Both the position numbers and the translations under genes were made by a program. Below, piece after piece: positions 36,553 to 45,612 of a stretch of DNA of 45,612 nucleotides. Source of the stretch: Octopus bimaculoides (Eukaryota); contig NC_068997.1 in NCBI RefSeq assembly GCF_001194135.2, forward strand, positions 12,801,311-12,846,922, given 5' to 3'. The notes beneath the pieces are model-generated. The model did not search any database and was not told the origin of the DNA. It saw only the letters and a list, made by a program, of their open reading frames with translations. How positions within the stretch are numbered: the stretch's first letter is position 1; each line of letters begins with the position of its first letter.

Positions 36553-36795
36553 ATTGGGCAAGTGTCTTCTACCATAATTCCGGGTCGACTAAATCGTTGT
36601 AAGTGGATTTGGTTGACGGAAACTAAGAGAAGCCTGTTGTGTATATAACTTAGTGGTTTGGCAGAACTGACCGATAGAATATTACCAGGCTTTAAAAAGT
36701 TAAGTAAATAAGTACTGGGATCGATTCAATCGACTAAGATTCATGAAGGCGGTGCTCCAGCATGGCTGGAGTCTTATGACTGAAACAAGTAATAA
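36553..36795 (+). mobile_element. SINE family A, 5'-truncated, with internal deletion
   Basis: TTGGGCAAGTGTCTTCTAC...GTGGATTTGGTTGACGGAAACT...TAACTTAGTGGTTTGGCAG...GAAGGCGGTGCTCCAGCATGGC...ATGACTGAAACAAGTAA matches family A. The microsatellite-bearing middle is largely absent. Confidence 0.8.
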
Positions 36796-37907
36796 ATAAA
36801 ACATGTAGCGTATGCGCTTCATTATAAATGTCATTTACCTCTGTCTTTGCTTATGTATTAGAGCGGCTCAAAATATCGAGAAACATTGCTGAGTAAGTAA
36901 TTATCTATCATTCTGTGCAGAGGTTCACACATTCTTAATCATTCGCAAGCAAACTGAATTTCATTTGACAGACAGGGATACATGTCATACTACATACACA
37001 CAGCCACTAACACTCTCACGCACATAGAGACACACATACACAAAATACACAAATAGTCATACCACGCACATATAGATAAATATTTAACAATAATTCGCTT
37101 TTTGCACAGGAAGTTGGTTCCTGAAATATTTTCGCCTCTATTTCAATTTACACATGTCATGTAACACATAAAAACGTTGATATGCATTTATCTCCGTTCA
37201 TTGTCATTATATTTCACTCTTTGCTTATGTGCGCGTGTGTGTGTGTGTGTGTTGATTTCTGTGTGTAACTGTGTTTAGAAATACTCGCAGGTACGTGATA
37301 GAAATATGTATATTTTTTAAGGTAGCCCCGATATTTTTCTTTGTGTATACATTTAATTGTACTGTTTATAGACATACGTCTATGCATATATACATAGACT
37401 CACATATATCCAGACATATACATATTTATGTAAGTATGTATGTATGTATATATTAAGAGGAATAAAGAGAAAAAGTGAGAGAATGGTAGAGAAGAATTTC
37501 GGTCATTTATATAATTCGTATCTATTACGTGACTGATACATACATACATACATACATACATATGTATATATATATGTATNNNNNNNNNNNNNNNNNNNNN
37601 NNNNNNNNNNNNNNNNNNNNNNNNNNNNNNNNNNNNNNNNNNNNNNNNNNNNNNNNNNNNNNNNNNNNNNNNNNNNNNNNNNNNNNNNNNNNNNNNNNNN
37701 NNNNNNNNNNNNNNNNNNNNNNNNNNNNNNNNNNNNNNNNNNNNNNNNNNNNNNNNNNNNNNNNNNNNNNNNNNNNNNNNNNNNTATATGTGAATGCTTA
37801 TATATATGTAAGTATATATGTATGAAATGTATTATATATATACGATATATATTATATGATATATATGATATATTTTTATATAATATATATATTATATACA
37901 TATTATG

Positions 37908-37956
<49 letters not shown>

Positions 37957-38843
37957 ATAAAATAACTACACAAACATATATATGTATTATATATGTTTAT
38001 GTATATATACATACATATATATACATATATACATATATATATACATATAGATATGCATACACATATATGTATGTGTGTATTTGTGTGTGTCTGTATGTGT
38101 GTACACGCAGACACATTGGTATACATCATTTATATATACAGTTGTTTTTGTACAAGAGTATATAATTTGTTCTATATATATATATATATATACTTTTTTT
38201 TTCCTTACAAAAGTCGTGTGACGTGACTCGCATCTTGCTCCTGTTGTGTTGGAATTTAAAACACCGCTAGTGCAAGAAAATACTTAGAAAACAAAGCAAA
38301 AAAAAAAAAAAANNNNNNNNNNAAAAAAAAAAAAAAAGACAAGCTACCCAAAACCAAAACAAAATAAGAATCCTCCGAAAATAACATGAACAAAAATAAA
38401 AAAAATTAAAAAAGTAGAAAATTAAAGCCAAACAAACCTAAGAACACAAGTAAGCTATTATATCAATACTTACTTTCACCAAATGCCATGGTTATTTCTA
38501 CATTTCCATCATGAATACTGCTGAAGTACGTAGCTTAACGTTTTCATCATTCTCAACAACAAGAACAACGCCATTTTGCTAATTTTCTGATTCTAATCCT
38601 GGTATTCTATGAGGTGACAGATTAATAATCTCCGCTAAAGAAGAATAATTACTGTAAGGATATCTTATATTTAGAATATTTTAAATAATTTTCGAAAAAA
38701 TATTTGTGTTTGAAAAATTGCTATGTAAATATTCTGTATTATACATTATAAAATGTACTGAAGTTAACTAAATATTTGATGATGTGGGGATTGACGAGGT
38801 GAGAAGAAATTAAAAAGCAAAGAAAAGACAGTCAGAGTCAATG

Positions 38844-39322
<479 letters not shown>

Positions 39323-39340
39323 ATATTTTTTAAGGTATTT

Positions 39341-39760
39341 TAAGGCGGCAAGCTGGAAGTATCCTTAGCATGCAGGGTGAAAATAGTTAGTGGAATTTTT
39401 TCCGACTTTAATGTTCCAAGTTCAAATTCAGCCGAGGTCGACTTTGTCTTTTATCCTTTGGGGTCGATAAAATACGTACCAGTTGAGTGCTAGGTTAGAT
39501 ATCACCCACTTTTCTCCTTCTCTGAACATGCAGGTCTGATGCCAAAATATAAAACCAATACTTTGAAGGTCTTTCATGGCGGCGTTCTGGCAGAATCTTT
39601 AGTATACAGGGTAAACTGCTTAGCATTATTTCATCCGTCTTTACGTTCCGATTTCGAAATTCACCGAGGTCAATTTTCTTTCTTTTTCTTTCGGGGTCAA
39701 TAAAATAAATACCAGTTGACTCATCCCATCTCTCGAAATTACTGTCTCTGTGACAAAACA
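39341..39760 (+). mobile_element. Two tandem diverged family B SINEs (about 39341-39495 and 39575-39760)
   Basis: Each carries GGCGGC..CTGG, GTTCAAATTC or TTCGAAATTC, CCGAGGTC and GGGGTC.ATAAAATA..TACCAGTTGA. Confidence 0.75.
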
Positions 39761-40114
39761 AAAAAAAAAAACAATATTTTAATTTATTTCGGCGCCGGTG
39801 ATTGAATGGTTACGATCACTTCGCAGGAATATGATATTGGCTTACACTCCACTATGTGGAATATGCTGTTAATGATGATATTGTTCAACATTAGGATTGC
39901 TCCAAACGACCTGACATGAAATCAGGATTCAGGATTAACTCATCTTCTTTCTCAGGCATAATATACTTCGAAGTACATTAACCAATGTATCACTTTTTCG
40001 GATGATTACTGAGAGTTGAGGGAGATTTGCCTGCTATTTGTAGCAGACGAAGAACTACATAGCGACTCTTAACTACACCAAAGTGTGTGGCAATATATTA
40101 ATTGGCAAATTTTA

Positions 40115-40335
40115 AGGCAGCGAACTAGCAAAATCGTTTGCCCGGCGGGCGAAATGCTTAGCCGCATTTCGTCCCTCTTTACGTTCTGAGTTGAAATTTC
40201 CCCCGGGGTCGACTTTGCCTTTTATCCTTCGGAGTCGATAAAAGAAGAACTAGTTGAACAATGGGGGGCTCGAAGAAATCAACTTATTTCCACCCGCCGA
40301 AATTACCTGCCTTGCGCAAAATTCGAAACCAATAT
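40115..40335 (+). mobile_element. Family B SINE
   Basis: GGCAGCGAACTAGCAAAATCG...GGGCGAAATGCTTAGCCGCATTTCGTC...CGTTCTGAGTTGAAATT...GGTCGACTTTGCCTTTTATCCTTCGGAGTCGATAAAA...CTTGCGCAAAATTCGAAACC. Confidence 0.8.
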
Positions 40336-40369
40336 ATTCTTAGCATATAGAGGAAGGGTAACTGAGGCC

Positions 40370-40416
<47 letters not shown>

Positions 40417-40417
40417 A

Positions 40418-40500
<83 letters not shown>
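40370..40500. repeat. (TAG)n(CAG)n(TAG)n compound microsatellite
   Basis: Direct reading. Confidence 0.95.
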
Positions 40501-40502
<2 letters not shown>

Positions 40503-41137
40503 AAAACAGTGAAAAATTTGAAGGAAACGTAAAGTATACAGTGAAACAGATGCAATATTTAGAAAAGTTAGCTTCCGCTTTTTAACAAAACGGGGGTCGT
40601 GTCTAAGAAGTTATTAAAAAAAATTACATAAAATTTCCTTCTCCTTTCAAAATATAGGCAGACTTTAAGATCTAGAAAAATACATAATGGTATAACANNN
40701 NNNNNNNNNNNNNNNNNNNNNNNNNNNNNNNNNNNNNNNNNNNNNNNNNNNNNNNNNNNNNNNNNNNNNNNNNNNNNNNNNNNNNNNNNNNNNNNNNNNN
40801 NNNNNNNNNNNNNNNNNNNNNNNNNNNNNNNNNNNNNNNNNNNNNNNNNNNNNNNNNNNNNNNNNNNNNNNNNNNNNNNNNNNNNNNNNNNNNNNNNNNN
40901 NNNNNNNNNNNNNNNNNNNNNNNNNNNNNNNNNNNNNNNNNNNNNNNNNNNNNNNNNNNNNNNNNNNNNNNNNNNNNNNNNNNNNNNNNNNNNNNNNNNN
41001 NNNNNNNNNNNNNNNNNNNNNNNNNNNNNNNNNNNNNNNNNNNNNNNNNNNNNNNNNNNNNNNNNNNNNNNNNNNNNNNNNNNNNNNNNNNNNNNNNNNN
41101 NNNNNNNNNNNNNNNNNNNNNNNNNNNNNNNNNNACG

Positions 41138-41171
<34 letters not shown>

Positions 41172-41269
41172 ATACGAAATTATATTTAAAATGCGGTATC
41201 AGATCCAAATGCTATAAAGAGGTATCTTAAATCCATATGATCACGTGATACATATTCTCGACAGCTAGA

Positions 41270-41315
<46 letters not shown>

Positions 41316-41730
41316 TCTATCCGTTTACCACTTTTCTAAATTACCACTTCCTCTCTAACCGATGCATCTGAACGATGTCAATCTCTAACTCTGTAACTGT
41401 GTCCCCTTATACTTTCCCTAACTGCCCATTGCATTCTATTTTTTTCTTTCATGAAACACTTATGATTCCACCTTTAAGCATACAGAAACACAAATATTGA
41501 CACTTAGGCACACACGCGTGCACACACACACACACACACACTCGCACGAACATGCGCATGCACACGCACACATAGATGCACGTACTAGTTAAGAAGATAT
41601 GATCATCTGATAAAAGTGACAGAGACAAGGATATGGAAATACAGAAACGAAAGTGTTAAAAAGATGAAGCGAAAGAAAAAGAGGAAGACGGAAAGAAACA
41701 AAGTATGTGTGTGTGTGTGTGACAGAGAGA

Positions 41731-41836
41731 AAGAGAGAGAGAGTGAGATGGCCAGATAGAGAGAGAGAGAGTTAGAGAGCGAGAGAGAGAGTGAGATGGC
41801 CAGATAGAGAGAGAGAGAGTTAGAGAGCGAGAGAGA
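41731..41836. repeat. Tandem duplication of a ~48-bp unit inside a (GA)n tract
   Basis: GAGAGAGTGAGATGGCCAGATAGAGAGAGAGAGAGTTAGAGAGC occurs twice back to back. Confidence 0.85.
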
Positions 41837-42297
41837 GAGAGAGGACAAAAATAGCGATAGGTAAGTGTAAATAAGCGTGAGCGCATAGAATCTCTTTAAA
41901 AGGTTTTTAAAACTGAACCGCGAAAAGGAGAAAAAATGGCGTCGGAGAAGATAAAATCTAGCAACAGCGGGGCTAAATAAATGGACTTGAGGTCATCATG
42001 ACTAGCTTACAATTTTAATCCAAATAACAGCTTTGACATTATTATTATTATCATCCTTATTTTTATGGTTATGATGATGATGATGATGATAGATACACAA
42101 GTATATCGATAGTATAGTTTTTCAGTTATTTATTTTATTTTCAAGAAGTCATTTCATATATTTAATACGATATTTTAAAGAAAAAATTTACAGGAACATT
42201 GGCTTACATAACTAAGTAAAATGAATATAAATATGTATACATATGCACATATATACGTATGAGATATCTATTTGTGTATATGCATGTATGCATGTAT

Positions 42298-42348
<51 letters not shown>

Positions 42349-43045
42349 NNNNNNNNNNNNNNNNNNNNNNNNNNNNNNNNNNNNNNNNNNNNNNNNNNNN
42401 NNNNNNNNNNNNNNNNNNNNNNNNNNNNNNNNNNNNNNNNNNNNNNNNNNNNNNNNNNNNNNNNNNNNNNNNNNNNNNNNNNNNNNNNNNNNNNNNNNNN
42501 NNNNNNNNNNNNNNNNNNNNNNNNNNNNNNNNNNNNNNNNNNNNNNNNNNNNNNNNNNNNNNNNNNNNNNNNNNNNNNNNNNNNNNNNNNNNNNNNNNNN
42601 NNNNNNNNNNNNNNNNNNNNNNNNNNNNNNNNNNNNNNNNNNNNNNNNNNNNNNNNNNNNNNNNNNNNNNNNNNNNNNNNNNNNNNNNNNNNNNNNNNNN
42701 NNNNNNNNNNNNNNNNNNNNNNNNNNNNNNNNNNNNNNNNNNNNNNNNNNNNNNNNNNNNNNNNNNNNNNNNNNNNNNNNNNNNNNNNNNNNNNNNNNNN
42801 NNNNNNNNNNNNNNNNNNNNNNNNNNNNNNNNNNNNNNNNNNNNNNNNNNNNNNNNNNNNNNNNNNNNNNNNNNNNNNNNNNNNNNNNNNNNNNNNNNNN
42901 NNNNNNNNNNNNNNNNNNNNNNNNNNNNNNNNNNNNNNNNNNNNNNNNNNNNNNNNNNNNNNNNNNNNNNNNNNNNNNNNNNNNNNNNNNNNNNNNNNNN
43001 NNNNNNNNNNNNNNNNNNNNNNNNNNNNNNNNNNNNNNNNNNNNN

Positions 43046-43090
<45 letters not shown>

Positions 43091-43763
43091 AACACACACA
43101 TATACATATATAAACACACACATACACGCACGCACGAGTTAGAACATTTTTCATGGTTTATTTTCCATAAAATATATATATATAAAAAAAAACATATGAC
43201 CGGGTTTTACCTAACATCAACAAATTATGTTTCTTATCTCATTTATTTTCTACCATTTCACCTGCTTTCAGTTTAATAACTTTCTCATTATTTCTTCAAA
43301 TATATTTGATATATTTTATAAAGTTTTGTTCTTCTGTTTTAATGGGAAAGGAAATAGAATCTTACTCATTTACCTATGAGATTCGAAAGCAGTGAAAAAC
43401 AGGGTGTTAGTGAAAATTGTGTCCTTAATAGCACATCTGTATGAGGTACAGTCGTATAGCAGAACATATGTGTATGAACATTGTATTTGTGAGTGCGTGA
43501 GAGCGTGTGCAGGAGTCTCCGTGAGTTACGCTTTATATTATATGGATGTTGGTGTATGCATGAACGCGCGTGAATGCAACTATGTATATGAAGAGTAATT
43601 ATGTACGGTTTTCTGATTAGTGTATGTGTATGCGTACCAAAGAGACCTCAACTCCGTTTCCCACTCTGAATACATACATACAAACATACATGCATACATA
43701 TATACTTACATACATACATACATACATATATATATGTGTGAGTATATACGTATATATACAGAC

Positions 43764-43823
<60 letters not shown>

Positions 43824-43956
43824 TTATGCATACATATATATACATATATGTTTATTACTATTTATATACATACATATATATATATATATATGTATACACA
43901 CATACATACATAAATACATACATACAAATATATATATATATATTTATATAGATAGT

Positions 43957-44000
<44 letters not shown>

Positions 44001-44034
44001 NNNNNNNNNNNNNNNNNNNNNNNNNNNNNNNNNN

Positions 44035-44083
<49 letters not shown>

Positions 44084-44296
44084 TATATAGAGAGATAAAC
44101 ATAAAGGCACAAAGAGGATCACGTGGAATAGCTGGCACGTACCCCAGTTACACACACACCAACACACACAGACATACACACGCATACACACTTACATACA
44201 CGTATGTGTAAACATATTCATCCTCACATGTATGTGTGTGTGTGTGTTTTTGTTTGTGTTCGTCTCTGTATCTTTGTGTGAGTGAGTGTCTGTGTG

Positions 44297-44416
<120 letters not shown>

Positions 44417-45025
44417 AATTTATCTACCTACCTGTCTAGCTGTGTGTCAATCTATCTATCGTTTTATATAAAAACACGCCCCACATTCAGTTACACGCGT
44501 GCGCCCATATATATNNNNNNNNNNNNNNNNNNNNNNNNNNNNNNNNNNNNNNNNNNNNNNNNNNNNNNNNNNNNNNNNNNNNNNNNNNNNNNNNNNNNNN
44601 NNNNNNNNNNNNNNNNNNNNNNNNNNNNNNNNNNNNNNNNNNNNNNNNNNNNNNNNNNNNNNNNNNNNNNNNNNNNNNNNNNNNNNNNNNNNNNNNNNNN
44701 NNNNNNNNATATATATATATATATATACACATACATACATATATGTTTGTGTACATGTGTATAATTATGTATATATATATATGTGTGTATATATAAATAT
44801 TACACATACATATATATATAATAACTGCAATTATATAGAAGAAAGAAGACATGCACCCAACACCAGAGCTGAAGACAACTCCGAAAGGAGGGGCCCCGCC
44901 ACGTCAAAACGGTAGAGGTGTAGGGGCCGAAACCGGACGTGGTTCCTCCTGATGATGTCTTGAGCTAACTGGATCCTATAAAGGAGCTGTTGTGGTAGCA
45001 GACCACGAAACATGGTTGAAATTCC

Positions 45026-45157
45026 TGCTCCATTTAGAGCGACTAAACCGAAACAGTTGACCAAAACAGAAACATGTAAGCATTGATGTCCTGTTCGCAG
45101 TGGTTCGGCTTATTTTCCTCTGTCAATTCTTTAGTTTTAGTCGCTCTAAATGGAGCA
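45026..45157. mobile_element. 132-bp MITE-like element with perfect 22-bp terminal inverted repeats
   Basis: TGCTCCATTTAGAGCGACTAAA (45026-45047) and its exact reverse complement TTTAGTCGCTCTAAATGGAGCA (45136-45157). No clear TSD. Confidence 0.7.
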
Positions 45158-45564
45158 TATATTGTTTTATAAAGAATATATAATTACAGTTATTATTAAA
45201 AGAGAACTATGTGTGTGTCGCTCTTCTCCGTAATTTGCATCCTACGGGTTTGTTTACAAATTACTAAATACACACACATACACATAACTTTTGTCTAAGA
45301 GAAAAACTGAGAGTGGCCACGGGAAAATAATAACGTATTAAATATCACACAAATATTACTTTAGGGAAATGCTTATGTTGGTCGATTAGTGGCAATGACT
45401 AACAACTGTAAACCGGAAGGCCAGATAATCCATCAAATAAACAATCCCGCCATCTGTTTCTGTCCTGCAAAAAGTACGTATGTGTATATGTATATATATA
45501 TGTATACACACATACATACATAAATACATACATACAAATATATATATATATTTATATAGATAGT

Positions 45565-45612
<48 letters not shown>

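Noticed and set aside
41930-41980. AAAAATGGCG (YY1/Kozak-like) start of MASEKIKSSNSGAK*
   Set aside because: The ORF is only 14 codons, with no donor site and no other promoter support.

Overview
AT-rich animal genomic DNA from a gapped draft assembly, saturated with di-, tri- and tetranucleotide microsatellites. Most N-runs are bordered by (TA)n, (GA)n or (CA)n. The repeat landscape strongly resembles a coleoid cephalopod (Octopus-like) genome; this is inference from pattern recognition, not a search. I cannot identify any host protein-coding gene by homology, and nearly all ORFs in the supplied track are microsatellite or N artefacts. What is well supported is a transposon graveyard. (i) The 3' part of a Tc1-like transposon whose catalytic spacing is D(36)E rather than D(34)E, fused to a truncated SINE. 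(ii) A CR1-type LINE RT fragment whose 5' ~190 bp is duplicated as a fold-back palindrome, nested between two inverted SINEs. (iii) A complete 213-bp mariner deletion derivative with TA target duplications. (iv) An R4/Dong-like RLE-LINE fragment next to a (TAA)n array, plus an ~80-bp island inside another (TAA)n array. (v) At least two abundant tRNA-derived SINE families. (vi) Two small inverted-repeat (MITE-like) elements, a 17-bp stem hairpin, a 30-bp minisatellite and two local duplications. Several splice-signal-bounded candidate exons are offered only as low-confidence hypotheses. I see no convincing novel multi-gene system. The most interesting signals are the D36E Tc1 element, the density of dsRNA-forming inverted repeats (relevant to ADAR editing if this is a cephalopod intron), the microsatellite-targeted RLE-LINE relics and degenerate hammerhead-like motifs near 44.9 kb.
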